Virus record (IMG/VR): IMGVR_UViG_3300042308_001371
Coordinates: 1 to 64,000 of that record
DNA length: 64,000 nt
From: a virus
Reading direction: 5' to 3' (one strand)
Below are positions 37,138 through 47,542 of the stretch, piece by piece. The notes under the pieces were generated by a model. That model made no database searches. It worked only from the letters and a program-made list of their open reading frames with translations, and had not been told where the DNA came from. Made by a program: the position numbers and the translations under genes. Every line of letters begins with the position of its first letter. The first letter of the stretch is position 1.

Positions 37138-39771
37138 ATGGGAATGAGACTTAATCAGGCAGGAAATCAAACACCCGGACAAGGGATGAGTACTACTTTA
37201 TCTGATGAAGAAAAGAAAAGGAAGGAACAAGAGTCTCTAAAACAACCTCAGATTCCTGAATTAAAATCCCCATCATCTCAGGCAAATGTAGCACAGGCTG
37301 CAGCACCTAAAGCAGCTCCAAAACAACAAGCTGCTGGAACAGGAACATTCTCTAATCTTAAAAGTTATATACAAGCTGCTCAAGGTGGAGGACAGCAAAA
37401 AATTGCACAAGCTGCAACTCAGAAAGTTCAAAACGTAGCGTCTGGTGCTCAAAAAGAAATTTCTCAATCACAAAAAACTTTTGGAAATCAGCTAGAAGCT
37501 GGAAGCTTAGCCAATAGAGGAGCTGCTGGTGGAGATGTTCAAGCTGCAATAGATGCTGCTAGAGGAACAGTTTACCAAGCTCCAATAGAGCCAGCTCCAG
37601 TTGCGCAGCCTACAACCCGTCTCGAAAATGCAGCGAACTCAGTTAGAAATACAGATCAATACTTTAAAGATTTTCTAGGTGATAAATATACTGCATTTCA
37701 AGAAGAACTTAACGCCATTCAGCGCAGAGTACACCCAATGGATTATGGCCCGGGATCTTCTAATGAAGCATCATTAAAACGTCAAAATGACGATATACAA
37801 ACTCTATACTCTAAATATGGAGTTGACAAAAATAAAATTTCGCAATATGCTACAGAAAAACCTGCTGAACCAGCAACTACTGTTGTACCGGCTCCAGTAG
37901 AAACTCCCCAATCCGGAGTAACTCCAGAACAAGCACAGAGATTTCAAGAGATCATTAATGCTAGATATGCAGGTCCGGGATCTATTCAAGAAGCGGGCTT
38001 GTACAATAGAGCCGCAGAAAAAGCAAGAACAGCTCAGGAAGCAGTTAAGCAAACTCAGACAGCAGCTGGAAGAGAGCAACTTCTTAGAAATATATTTAGC
38101 CAAGGTAGAGATTATTCTAGAGGTCAATCTAAACTTGATTCATTACTTTTAAATACCTCTCAACAAGGCCTTGGACAACTTCAGCAACAAGCGCAGCAAG
38201 CGGGAGATTTACAACAAAAACTTCAACAGGCTCAAACAGAATCTGCTAATACAGCAACTGGAAGAGCTAGTGAAATTTCTAATATTCAGCAACAAGCTAG
38301 AAAATCATTTCTAGAAGGAAGAACTGAAGAAGAGACAACAACAGAAAAAGGCATAGATGCTTTAATAAAAGATCCTGCTTTAGATGCTTCAGGAAATAAG
38401 ATTCAAAAACTAGATTCTACCGGAAAACCTATGGTAGATGCAAAGGGTGATCCAGTTTATCAAACTAAATGGGACCAACTGCCAGAATATTATAGAGAAG
38501 CTATACGCAATAAAGAAGCTACAAATAAAGATATACAAAAAGAAAGGTTGGCTGCTTTAACTGCGTATGAACCACAAGTGCAACAGCTTACTGAGGCCAA
38601 TAAGCAAGTGGCAGAAACTGAGGCTGCAATTAGAAGCGCAGAGTATCAAATTAACCAATTAAAGAGATATGGTAATAAAATTCAAGCAGCTGGGCAAATC
38701 CAAGTTCAGCTTGGCAGACTTCAACAATTAAGACAACAATCGAATGCTCAAAAAGCTCAAGCTGCTGCAATTCAACAGAGTCCAGAATACCAACAGTACA
38801 CTCAACAGAAGACAGCTGCTGACCAAATGAATATGAATCAATTGAGCTTATCCCCAGAGGAAGCCGCAGTATTAGGAATCAGTTCTGGAGAAGGCTTATA
38901 TAATGTAGGTCAAAACTTAATTCAAGATGTTAATGCAGAAAGAGAAAGATTAATAACAAAAGATCAATTTGCTAGACAACAAGCACTGGCTAGATTAGCA
39001 GGACTTGATACTTCAAAAGCTTTACAAAAAGATTTGCAATATACGGATGCTGAAAAAGCAGGAACTCAAACATTGAAAAGTTCTTTAAATACTCAAGCTG
39101 TAAGAGACATTTTAAACGAAAAACAACAAAAATTTAAAGAAAGTGCAGAAGGTGCTAATTTAGTTGGAATGGGACAAAAGAAAGTGTCCAGAGGGAATTG
39201 GTCAGGAACGAGAACTAAAACATATTACGCAGATCAATCAGGAAATGTAGCAGACATGTTGCGACAAGCAGGATATGACGTATCCGCTGAAAATCCAGAG
39301 GCTACTAGGACTATACTATCAGATAAAGATGCGTTAGCTAATTACTTAGGAGCTACTGATACTGGCAGAGATGACTCTGGAAGTATGTATGCAGAAGGAG
39401 CAGCTAGAACAGCAACTGGAGCAGCAACTGGAGCAGCTATTGGCGCAGGACTAGGATCTATTGGAGGGCCTTTAGCAGGTGTAACGGCAGCAGGTGGAGC
39501 AATTGTAGGGGGAGTACTAGGGTCAGTCGTTGGTCCAAATTCAAGTTTATCCAATGTTGTCGGAGATTTAAGCGGAGGAAGGATGAGTTCTTCCGCTATG
39601 GCCAAAGTTGGAATGGGAACTGCAAAAGCTAAAGCTATTGAAGATTTAGAGAGAAAGTATAAAGCTTATCTTGAAGGTCAAGGATTTGGAAACCGTTCCA
39701 ATATTGTAGATGCTGGGATTACGTCTACCAGATCTGCAGCTTTGCGAGATTTATTGCGCAGGCAGGGATAA
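37138..39771 (+). CDS. Internal virion / DNA ejection protein
   Basis: Gln/Ala-rich helical with C-terminal glycine-zipper (GAATGAAIGAGLG...GAIVGGVLG). Confidence 0.65.
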   Translation: MGMRLNQAGNQTPGQGMSTTLSDEEKKRKEQESLKQPQIPELKSPSSQANVAQAAAPKAAPKQQAAGTGTFSNLKSYIQAAQGGGQQKIAQAATQKVQNVASGAQKEISQSQKTFGNQLEAGSLANRGAAGGDVQAAIDAARGTVYQAPIEPAPVAQPTTRLENAANSVRNTDQYFKDFLGDKYTAFQEELNAIQRRVHPMDYGPGSSNEASLKRQNDDIQTLYSKYGVDKNKISQYATEKPAEPATTVVPAPVETPQSGVTPEQAQRFQEIINARYAGPGSIQEAGLYNRAAEKARTAQEAVKQTQTAAGREQLLRNIFSQGRDYSRGQSKLDSLLLNTSQQGLGQLQQQAQQAGDLQQKLQQAQTESANTATGRASEISNIQQQARKSFLEGRTEEETTTEKGIDALIKDPALDASGNKIQKLDSTGKPMVDAKGDPVYQTKWDQLPEYYREAIRNKEATNKDIQKERLAALTAYEPQVQQLTEANKQVAETEAAIRSAEYQINQLKRYGNKIQAAGQIQVQLGRLQQLRQQSNAQKAQAAAIQQSPEYQQYTQQKTAADQMNMNQLSLSPEEAAVLGISSGEGLYNVGQNLIQDVNAERERLITKDQFARQQALARLAGLDTSKALQKDLQYTDAEKAGTQTLKSSLNTQAVRDILNEKQQKFKESAEGANLVGMGQKKVSRGNWSGTRTKTYYADQSGNVADMLRQAGYDVSAENPEATRTILSDKDALANYLGATDTGRDDSGSMYAEGAARTATGAATGAAIGAGLGSIGGPLAGVTAAGGAIVGGVLGSVVGPNSSLSNVVGDLSGGRMSSSAMAKVGMGTAKAKAIEDLERKYKAYLEGQGFGNRSNIVDAGITSTRSAALRDLLRRQG

Positions 39772-39773
39772 GT

Positions 39774-40121
39774 ATGCCTAGCTTATATGCGCAGTTTGTA
39801 GAAGAAATACTAGACCTAAAAACTTTAGAAGATGAAGATAGCTTTGTTACATATGAAATTCAAAAAGCAGGACACGTAGTATGTTTAAAAGTAGTAAATA
39901 TGTATATTGATAAAAAGTCTAGAGGAAAAAATAAATCTATAGATTTGCTTGATAAAATGAAAGATATAGCACATAGCAAAAATTGTTCTTGTCTATCTGC
40001 TCAGATTAACAAAGCAACTAGTGAGTTTATTCAACAGAGAACTACCCATATATGTAGACTATATGGGATGAAAAATACGTATGAAGATTCTCAAATTATA
40101 ATTTTTAGTAGGAGCATATAA
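39774..40121 (+). CDS. GNAT-like protein in ejection operon
   Basis: NMYIDKKSRGKNKS resembles acetyl-CoA motif A; typical podovirus position. Confidence 0.55.
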   Translation: MPSLYAQFVEEILDLKTLEDEDSFVTYEIQKAGHVVCLKVVNMYIDKKSRGKNKSIDLLDKMKDIAHSKNCSCLSAQINKATSEFIQQRTTHICRLYGMKNTYEDSQIIIFSRSI

Positions 40122-41026
40122 TGGCAGGGATATTTGGCGGTGGAGATGCTGGTAAAAGTGAAATGGAGAAAGCCAATAAGCTTATGCAAGATAATATTGC
40201 ACGTTTAGAAGCAATTGGTATTCCATCAATTGAAGCTCAAAGAATTGCTTTACAGACTCCAGAACTTGTGGGACAGTTAGAAGCAGAAGTTTTAGGCCCA
40301 TCTGCTATGGAAGGAGTTCAAGAAGATCCTAGATTAAAAGCTATAAATATGGCAGCTATGCAAGATGTTGCAGGAATTGCAGCAGCTGGAGGACTTGATG
40401 CTAATGCTAGACTTAATTTAGAGCAAGGACTTGGAAGAGTAGCAGGTTCCGAACAAGCAAGATTAAGTGCTCTTAGAGAAAATCCAGATATGGGTGCAGG
40501 TCAAAAATTATTGTTACAAATGCAAGCTATACAAGGAGCTGGTCAAGCTAAAAACCAAGTAGCTTTACAGTCTGCAGCGCAATCACAAGACGCTCGTATG
40601 GCTGCTTTAAGACTACAGGGTGATATGGCAACTCAAATGTCCCAACAACAATTAGCATTGGCTGGACAAAAAGCTTCAGCAGATGATGTAATTAAGCAGT
40701 TTAATACACAAGGTAGACAAGGTGTAAATCAATTTAATGCTCAAAATAGAATCGCAACACAAAGAGGCATAGAAAATACAAGAAATCAAGTAGAGATGTA
40801 TAATAAGGGACTTTTTCAACAAGACTTCCAGAATAGGATGGCTAAGGCTACTGGAGTTTCTGGTGCGCAAAATAATTTAGCTAATCAATATACTGCTCAA
40901 GGCGGGGCTGCTCAACAAGCCCAACAAGCTCAAACAGGAGCATTGCTCAACCTAGCTGGAACTGTTGCGGGAGCTGGAATTGGAGCTTATGGAGATGTTC
41001 AAGCTGAAAAAGTAAAAAAGGCATAA
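40121..41026 (+). CDS. Internal virion / pilot protein
   Basis: MAGIFGGG start; Q/A-rich; C-terminal Gly zipper. Confidence 0.65.
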   Translation: MAGIFGGGDAGKSEMEKANKLMQDNIARLEAIGIPSIEAQRIALQTPELVGQLEAEVLGPSAMEGVQEDPRLKAINMAAMQDVAGIAAAGGLDANARLNLEQGLGRVAGSEQARLSALRENPDMGAGQKLLLQMQAIQGAGQAKNQVALQSAAQSQDARMAALRLQGDMATQMSQQQLALAGQKASADDVIKQFNTQGRQGVNQFNAQNRIATQRGIENTRNQVEMYNKGLFQQDFQNRMAKATGVSGAQNNLANQYTAQGGAAQQAQQAQTGALLNLAGTVAGAGIGAYGDVQAEKVKKA

Positions 41027-41037
41027 GGATATAGTAC

Positions 41038-42426
41038 ATGGCAAATAATAATTATCAATCTTTAATAGACCTTCTTAATCCAAAAAAAGAAGAACAATTA
41101 TTTTCTCCAATTAATCCAACTTTGGATCAACTAAGTACGCCAATTAATCCAACTCCTGAGCAATTAGCTTCTATTGTGGAACAACAGCAAACTCCTGAGC
41201 CTGAAATTCAAGCTCCCGTTAGAGCAGTTGCAAAACAAGCTTCTCCAAAAAAAGAAGAAATTTCTGGCAATCCATTTATGGAAAACGTAAATTTTGATGC
41301 AGCTATGGCTAAACTTCCAAAAGAAGATAATGCCGTCTTAGATAAAAATTTACCCCTCTCAGAACCTCCAATATCAAAATCAGAGGCTTTAATAGCCGAG
41401 TATAATAAACTACTTGGAAAAGGTGAAACAGATCTTGCAGACGCTAGAAAGCGTGATAGAATGTTAAAAATAGGAGGATCTATTGGAGATGCTCTTGCTA
41501 CATATTTAAATGCAAGATCTCAAATGAATGTTAAAGCTCCGGGAGTTCAAGTTCAACAAGGTGCTGGATTAGGTAAGATAGCTGATATGTTTGCTACAGC
41601 TCCAGAGATTCAGAGTGACTTAGCTCAAAGAAGAGAATCCATGATGAAGCAATATGCAGAACTAGCTAAGGGTGAGAGAGCACAAACTAGACTCACTTCC
41701 GAAGAATTAAGAGCTAAAGATGCAGATTTGAGAGCTAGAGAATTAGCTAAAATGCAAATTGAAGGTAATTTAAAAGCGGCTGGAATTAAAGCTGAAGGTA
41801 ATTTAAAAGCGGCTGGAATTAAAGCCTCTGAAAAAGGAGAGTTCACTCCTTATCAACAATATATGGTGAACAAGGCTGAGAAAAAAGAGTCAAAACTTTC
41901 GGATAAACAAACTACAGAAATTGAAGGTATTAATAACGCACTTAAAGGTTTAGATGAAGTTGAAGCTGCTAAAACAGGAGTAAACACTGGAAGATACGCA
42001 TCTATGTATCAATCAGGAATGGATATTTTACCATTTGCAGAATCCGATAAAGATTTTGTTGCGCTTAAACAACTCTCTGGAACTCAATTATTTGATTATG
42101 TAAAAGCTCAATCTGGAGTATCCTATTCTGTAAAAGAATTAGATCAATTAAAAAGTAATATGCCTAATGTAGATGACGATGATAATACTTTTATGACTAA
42201 ATTAAAAACAGTTAGAGGTATTATCGAAAGAAAACAAAAAGAAAAGTTATCAGCATTTGAAAAACAAGGAAAAAATGTTGGAGCATTCAAAGAAGAATCA
42301 GAAAAAACACAAGAACAGCCAAGTAATTTAGTGAGAATAAAAGGTCCAAGCGGACAAGAAGTTAATATGACAGAAGAAAAAGCTCAAAAATACTTAAGTA
42401 AGCCGGGTTATACAAGGATAAAATAA
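41038..42426 (+). CDS. Internal virion / ejection protein
   Basis: Helical; SGVSYSVKE...MPNVDDDD motif. Confidence 0.6.
   Translation: MANNNYQSLIDLLNPKKEEQLFSPINPTLDQLSTPINPTPEQLASIVEQQQTPEPEIQAPVRAVAKQASPKKEEISGNPFMENVNFDAAMAKLPKEDNAVLDKNLPLSEPPISKSEALIAEYNKLLGKGETDLADARKRDRMLKIGGSIGDALATYLNARSQMNVKAPGVQVQQGAGLGKIADMFATAPEIQSDLAQRRESMMKQYAELAKGERAQTRLTSEELRAKDADLRARELAKMQIEGNLKAAGIKAEGNLKAAGIKASEKGEFTPYQQYMVNKAEKKESKLSDKQTTEIEGINNALKGLDEVEAAKTGVNTGRYASMYQSGMDILPFAESDKDFVALKQLSGTQLFDYVKAQSGVSYSVKELDQLKSNMPNVDDDDNTFMTKLKTVRGIIERKQKEKLSAFEKQGKNVGAFKEESEKTQEQPSNLVRIKGPSGQEVNMTEEKAQKYLSKPGYTRIK
41760..41825 (+). repeat. Exact in-frame 33-bp tandem duplication (EGNLKAAGIKA x2)
   Basis: TGAAGGTAATTTAAAAGCGGCTGGAATTAAAGC twice. 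Confidence 0.9.
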
Positions 42427-42427
42427 T

Positions 42428-44626
42428 ATGTCAGATTTTGATCCAGAGGATATTATTAATGAGCCACCCCTTATATCGGATTTTGATCCAGAAGATATTG
42501 CAAATGAACCTGCAATTCAAATGGATCAGCAAGAAGAGATCCCTTTAACTCCAATTACAGAACAAATAACAACCCCAATGGTAGGATATGGAATAGGAAA
42601 AGCAGCTCAAACTGGAATTGAAAAAACAGGCAAAGCAATATTAGAAGCTCCTGAAAAAATAGCTATGAAAATTGGAGGACTTACTCCAGAGCAAGTAGAT
42701 TATTATAAACAAAATTATATAGATATAGAAGCTAATAAAGGTATTTCTCAAGAAGCTATTGACGAAGCATATTCTAAATTAGAAAGTAAGTTTAAACTAA
42801 AAAATATAGAGGCTAATAGGGCAAGGAAAGCTGCAGAATCCGCACTAGATGTTCCAGTTACTCAAAAATTATCTAAGCAAGCTATGGAAGCTGCGTTACC
42901 TAAAGTTTTAAATAAAGTACCCACTGAAAGTGAAGCATTTAAAGGAAAACTACAAGAGAACATAACCTCTAAAGTAGACGCTGATTTAAATAGACTTACT
43001 AATCTATTAGAACAAAAAAAACAAATGTTAATATCGTCAAGTGATATAGCACAAACCAAAGCAGAAGAAGCTGCAAAAAATGCTGTAGAAAAGGCTATTC
43101 CAAAAAAATCTGTTGGACTTGTAAAAGAAGCAGCTCCAGATTTAAAAGCAATATACAATGAAGCTTTCGATAAAACAATAGAACAGTATTCTCCAGAAGA
43201 GAATAAAGCCAAGGCATCTATTAGTAAAGATATCATTAATATACAAAATGAAATGCAAGATTTAAAAAATGAAAATTATATCCAATCTAATGTAGAACCT
43301 TCTGTAAGAGAAGATCTTATAAAATCAAAAACTACTAAATTAGCAAAAGACTACCCATCCTTATATGGATATGAAGATCCTTCTGAAGAATTTATGCCTC
43401 AAGTTAGAAAAATAGAAGGAAAATTATCAGATGTTTCTAGTCTTGAAAAAAAAGATGCAGCAGACTACCTAAGAGCTTCTAAAGAATTAGGTTGGACGAA
43501 GGGAGCTGGTGGCGTTCCTGAAGTATCTAGCGAATTAAGTAAAGAGTATGCAGGTGAGCTTAGATCTTTAATGGCTCCAAGTGGGAGCAAATCTGATATT
43601 GAATATAAAAGAGTTAGTTCATTACTAAATCAATTAGAAGAAGCAAAGCAAAATAAATTCATAACAAGAAATATGGGTGAGGTAGTTGATGATGAAATTA
43701 TAGGTAAATTTGATCCAGAGTCAGTTAGTATAGATTTAAATAATAGAAAAACAATAAATAAAGTTTTAAATCCTAGTCAGGCAGATTTAAAAGATCCTGC
43801 TATAAAAGAAGCAAAAATAGCATTAGATAGACTTGTTGAAAATCCTGATTTAGTAGATGAGATAAAACAAGCTGCAATTAAAGCAAATTTACTAGATGAA
43901 AAAAAGGCATTTAAATTCGGACCATTTGATGCATTAAGATTAAGCTTTGCTACAGGGGCATCATCATTTCTTCCAGTTGGTGTGTACGAGGGAATGAAGT
44001 ATACTAAAACTCCTGAAGGGGCATATAAATTAGCAACATTAGTTCCTAGATTAGGAGACATTGCAGCTAATTACCCTACTACTAGTAAGATAATTAGTAA
44101 GGTTACTAAAGGGGCACTTAAAGCACTTCCTTTTGGAGGAGCTGCAGTAGGAGCAGTAGCTGCTCAAGCCGCAGAAGAAGCATTTAGTCCAGAACCTTCA
44201 GGAGCAAATCCAGAAATGCCAGAATACTGGCTAGAAAAAGGTGTTCGTAATCCCGAAGAGCAGGTGCAAAGAGCTAGATTGGCTAGTTTTAAACAAGGTC
44301 TTCCTAATCAAGGGGCTTATGACAAAATGCCATCTGCTTATGAAAAACCAGAAATCAAAGCTTACAAAGAAAGAGTTTTGGAAGCTGAGAAGGCAAAAAA
44401 ACTTAAACCAAACTACGTAGAGAAGCTGGACACTACAGATTCTAATGAATTACAGAACATTTTAAATACCTTACAATCTGGTCAAGATAAAGTTTCTCAA
44501 GAATATGGCAATGTTTTATCTAAGATAATAGATGCTCCAGAATCACAAAAGCAAGCTACGCTATTTGGGTTAAATCAACAACCAGCTTTTAGAGAACTTA
44601 TTAGGAATATTAAAAATAAAGGATAG
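42428..44626 (+). CDS. Internal virion / ejection protein
   Basis: SDFDPED repeated N-terminus; helical; 732 aa. Confidence 0.6.
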   Translation: MSDFDPEDIINEPPLISDFDPEDIANEPAIQMDQQEEIPLTPITEQITTPMVGYGIGKAAQTGIEKTGKAILEAPEKIAMKIGGLTPEQVDYYKQNYIDIEANKGISQEAIDEAYSKLESKFKLKNIEANRARKAAESALDVPVTQKLSKQAMEAALPKVLNKVPTESEAFKGKLQENITSKVDADLNRLTNLLEQKKQMLISSSDIAQTKAEEAAKNAVEKAIPKKSVGLVKEAAPDLKAIYNEAFDKTIEQYSPEENKAKASISKDIINIQNEMQDLKNENYIQSNVEPSVREDLIKSKTTKLAKDYPSLYGYEDPSEEFMPQVRKIEGKLSDVSSLEKKDAADYLRASKELGWTKGAGGVPEVSSELSKEYAGELRSLMAPSGSKSDIEYKRVSSLLNQLEEAKQNKFITRNMGEVVDDEIIGKFDPESVSIDLNNRKTINKVLNPSQADLKDPAIKEAKIALDRLVENPDLVDEIKQAAIKANLLDEKKAFKFGPFDALRLSFATGASSFLPVGVYEGMKYTKTPEGAYKLATLVPRLGDIAANYPTTSKIISKVTKGALKALPFGGAAVGAVAAQAAEEAFSPEPSGANPEMPEYWLEKGVRNPEEQVQRARLASFKQGLPNQGAYDKMPSAYEKPEIKAYKERVLEAEKAKKLKPNYVEKLDTTDSNELQNILNTLQSGQDKVSQEYGNVLSKIIDAPESQKQATLFGLNQQPAFRELIRNIKNKG

Positions 44627-44629
44627 TTT

Positions 44630-44899
44630 ATGCAAGATCACTTAGATAAAATGGACGAAAAGCTAGATCGCATTGAAGATAAAATATCTAATATTGATGT
44701 AACTCTTGCTAAACAAGCTAAAGATCTGGAACATCATATCTATCGCACAGATCTTGCAGAAGAACAGATAAAATTAGTTAAAGAAGAGATTCTTCCAATT
44801 AAAAAGCATGTGGCATTAGTGGATGCTTCGCTTAGAATAATGGGAGCTATAGCGTCTGTAGTGACTTTTATTGCCGCAATTTATAAACTATTGCTCTAA
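44630..44899 (+). CDS. Holin / XhlA-like protein
   Basis: Coiled coil followed by a single C-terminal TM helix; last late gene. Confidence 0.55.
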   Translation: MQDHLDKMDEKLDRIEDKISNIDVTLAKQAKDLEHHIYRTDLAEEQIKLVKEEILPIKKHVALVDASLRIMGAIASVVTFIAAIYKLLL

Positions 44900-45025
44900 G
44901 ATATACAACAAATATTGGCATCAGTAGAAGACCTATAGATGACTCTACAGGATCATTACTTAAAAATAGCTTGAAAGAATTTACAAGTATTACTACAATT
45001 GAAATTAATCTAACATAATCCATAA

Positions 45026-45430
45026 TTAAAACTCCAAACTCAAAGCATGAGTTATTATTCCAAAAGACACTAAATTATTAATTTTAATAGTATCTGTAAT
45101 GGGTATCTTAAAGTTTAATCCGATAACTGGGGTAAATCCGAAAATTGAGGGAGGTATAATTCCACGCTTTTGAAAGGTATCAAAATTGGTATTATATCCA
45201 CCTAGCATAAAATCTGTATACTCTGATAGCTTGAAGCTAGATATTGGTCCAACAACATTTCCACAGGCTGAATCTTTACCCTTAAGAATACCCACCTTAG
45301 CCTTATCACTTCCAGCCATAGCTATAATATATTCATTATGGATCGTTCCAACATTATTTATTGTATTACAGTAGTTTAATTTAGGGGCCATGTAGTGATG
45401 TGTTATTCCCCCGTAGATCAATGATATCAC
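45026..45430 (-). CDS. Hypothetical beta-rich protein ending in Phe
   Basis: GGAGG RBS before GTG; ends HALSLEF. Confidence 0.65.
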   Translation of the reverse strand: MISLIYGGITHHYMAPKLNYCNTINNVGTIHNEYIIAMAGSDKAKVGILKGKDSACGNVVGPISSFKLSEYTDFMLGGYNTNFDTFQKRGIIPPSIFGFTPVIGLNFKIPITDTIKINNLVSFGIITHALSLEF

Positions 45431-45532
45431 GCCTCTCCTCCATTCCAGTATAAAGCTTATGACACGCTAAGAATCCTATCATAAATGATAAGAACATAGA
45501 AGTTATAAATGTCCCCCAGTTCATATCCTTCA

Positions 45533-46459
45533 TTAGTATACCCACTTAGGCTTACCACTCAGCACTACCATGGAGTCTAGCGTGAATTTCTTTGGTTTAA
45601 TTGCTAAACTAGGAGCTTCAAACTGAGCGTTTAGCAACGCTTCATCTAATACGCTATGCAAGCCTCTAGCTCCTAATCCCTTCTCAATAGCCTTCTGAGC
45701 TATGATATTAATAGCACTATCCTGTACTACAAGCTCAATACCTTCGCTCAAAAACCACTCTTTAAATGAGTTTAAGATAGATCCCTTGGAGTCACGTAGG
45801 ATCTTCCTGTAATCATCAAATTTAAGCTCCTGAAGCTGCGTGATAACTGGGAATCTTCCCAAGAATTCTGGGATCATTCCAAAATCCATAAGAGTAGGAA
45901 CTGAAGCAGACTCTAGACCCACAAAAGCTCCAGAGCATATAAACATAATATCTTTAGTATTCATTTTTTTATCGTACTCCCCATTCTGAGAATATCTAGA
46001 AATATATGGAACATCGCTACCTTCTAGTAGTTTTAAAAGAGATTGCTGTACGCCAAGTCCGTTAACATCAGCTCCTCCGTCTTGACTAGTCTTCTTCTTA
46101 ATTTTATCTATTTCATCAATGTAGATAATTGATTTAGAAGCTTTCTTTTCATCTCCCTCACAAATACCTAGCAGATCGGTAATAAGTTCTTCAACACTCC
46201 TACCCTGATATCCAGAAGAAGTAAACTGAGTTGCATCGCTTGTCAAGAAACTTACTCCAAGAATTCTAGATAAGATAGAAACTAGGTAAGTCTTACCACA
46301 TCCAGTAGGTCCAATTAGAAGCACGTTAGATTTTTTTATTGTACTACCATTCATTCTTTTAAAATGATTATATGCAGCAACTGATAAAGATCTTTTAGTC
46401 TTTTCATGACCAATCACGTACTCATCTAATTCTTTTTTAATTTGCTCTGGGGTTTTCAT
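45533..46459 (-). CDS. clpX: ClpX-like AAA+ ATPase lacking Zn-binding domain and IGF loop
   Basis: LDEYVIG, KSNVLLIGPTGCGKT, IIYIDEIDKI, GVQQSLLKLLEG, PEFLGRFP, GARGL. Confidence 0.92.
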   Translation of the reverse strand: MKTPEQIKKELDEYVIGHEKTKRSLSVAAYNHFKRMNGSTIKKSNVLLIGPTGCGKTYLVSILSRILGVSFLTSDATQFTSSGYQGRSVEELITDLLGICEGDEKKASKSIIYIDEIDKIKKKTSQDGGADVNGLGVQQSLLKLLEGSDVPYISRYSQNGEYDKKMNTKDIMFICSGAFVGLESASVPTLMDFGMIPEFLGRFPVITQLQELKFDDYRKILRDSKGSILNSFKEWFLSEGIELVVQDSAINIIAQKAIEKGLGARGLHSVLDEALLNAQFEAPSLAIKPKKFTLDSMVVLSGKPKWVY

Positions 46460-46650
46460 TATGCTTTCTTTGGAAATACTCTGTTTTCATCTTTATCAAA
46501 AAATTCCATTGAAAAAGAGCCATCATCTTTCCATTCAAGCGTATAAGATTCAACTAAGTCTACATCTTCAAACAAGTCAGCTAAATCATAAACGTCAATA
46601 TAATGCTCTCCAGAATCTTCATCTTTTTTAATCTCAATCCTATTTGTCAT
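46459..46650 (-). CDS. Small acidic hypothetical protein
   Basis: 63 aa; TAATG coupled on both sides. Confidence 0.7.
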   Translation of the reverse strand: MTNRIEIKKDEDSGEHYIDVYDLADLFEDVDLVESYTLEWKDDGSFSMEFFDKDENRVFPKKA

Positions 46651-47204
46651 TACTTCTCGCTTTCTGTTATTAAATCTTCAATAGTGGTATTATCTAGTTC
46701 TTCTACATTAGCACTATATTGCACATCTTCAAAAGATTCAAGTTGTAATCCTTTAGCAGAATTATTTTGAATATCATATCGTCTTTTGTAGTCGTCTGAG
46801 TTGATTTCTCTTTGATCCCAAAAATTGTAAGCTAAGTTACCAAGGGATTTACTTTTCTTATTAAACTCTTCAACAGCGGCAGTAACTTCAGTTGGGTAAA
46901 ATCCATTCTGCTCAAAGAACTTAACATGTTCTTTTTTCTTAGATAACTTCTTAGCCTTTTTAAACAACCGAGTAGACTCTTGATCAGTATTGAAAGTTCC
47001 ATGCACGTATTCTTTATAAAAGTTATTTAGCCACTCTTTTTCAGAATCATCTAAAGATCTCATTACCTTCTCGCCACTTTCATTTATAATTCCAGAAAGG
47101 TACGGAGTTTCAATGAATTCTTGTCTTTGTGCTCTAGCACCCTTTTTATTAAGGTGCTGAAAACTTTTTTTGTGCTTTTTTGTTTTGCCAGTGTTGTTTA
47201 TCAT
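46650..47204 (-). CDS. Hypothetical protein
   Basis: 184 aa. Confidence 0.7.
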   Translation of the reverse strand: MINNTGKTKKHKKSFQHLNKKGARAQRQEFIETPYLSGIINESGEKVMRSLDDSEKEWLNNFYKEYVHGTFNTDQESTRLFKKAKKLSKKKEHVKFFEQNGFYPTEVTAAVEEFNKKSKSLGNLAYNFWDQREINSDDYKRRYDIQNNSAKGLQLESFEDVQYSANVEELDNTTIEDLITESEK

Positions 47205-47535
47205 ATTGTTTAGCAGCCTTTAGCATATCCTCATTAACATTAAATATCCCCTCTTTTAACATATAGTATCGCTGACTATTCTTTCTGTAATCTGGAAAGT
47301 GCTTTCCAAAAGTCTGAAAGAAAGTTATTTTCTTAGCTTTCTTTTTAGACTGGTCAGGTTTCCAGATAGATCTATAAATAAAGAAAATCAAATAGTTGGG
47401 TACAGCTTGAACACCAGATTCAATTCTAAGATCATTAATAAAATCAAGAACATCTCTACTATCTTGTCTTGGCTTCTTTCCTGACTTAGGCTTTTCTTCT
47501 ATAAGTTTAAGCAACTCTTCTATTGATTTTCCCAT
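47149..47535 (-). CDS. Hypothetical protein (possible winged helix)
   Basis: 128 aa; IYRSIW...KITFFQTF pattern. Confidence 0.6.
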   Translation of the reverse strand: MGKSIEELLKLIEEKPKSGKKPRQDSRDVLDFINDLRIESGVQAVPNYLIFFIYRSIWKPDQSKKKAKKITFFQTFGKHFPDYRKNSQRYYMLKEGIFNVNEDMLKAAKQYDKQHWQNKKAQKKFSAP

Positions 47536-47542
47536 ATAACCC

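Noticed and set aside
4063-44061. Many short - strand and alternate-frame ORFs inside structural genes
   Set aside because: Shadow ORFs with no RBS or motifs, overlapping longer well-supported genes.
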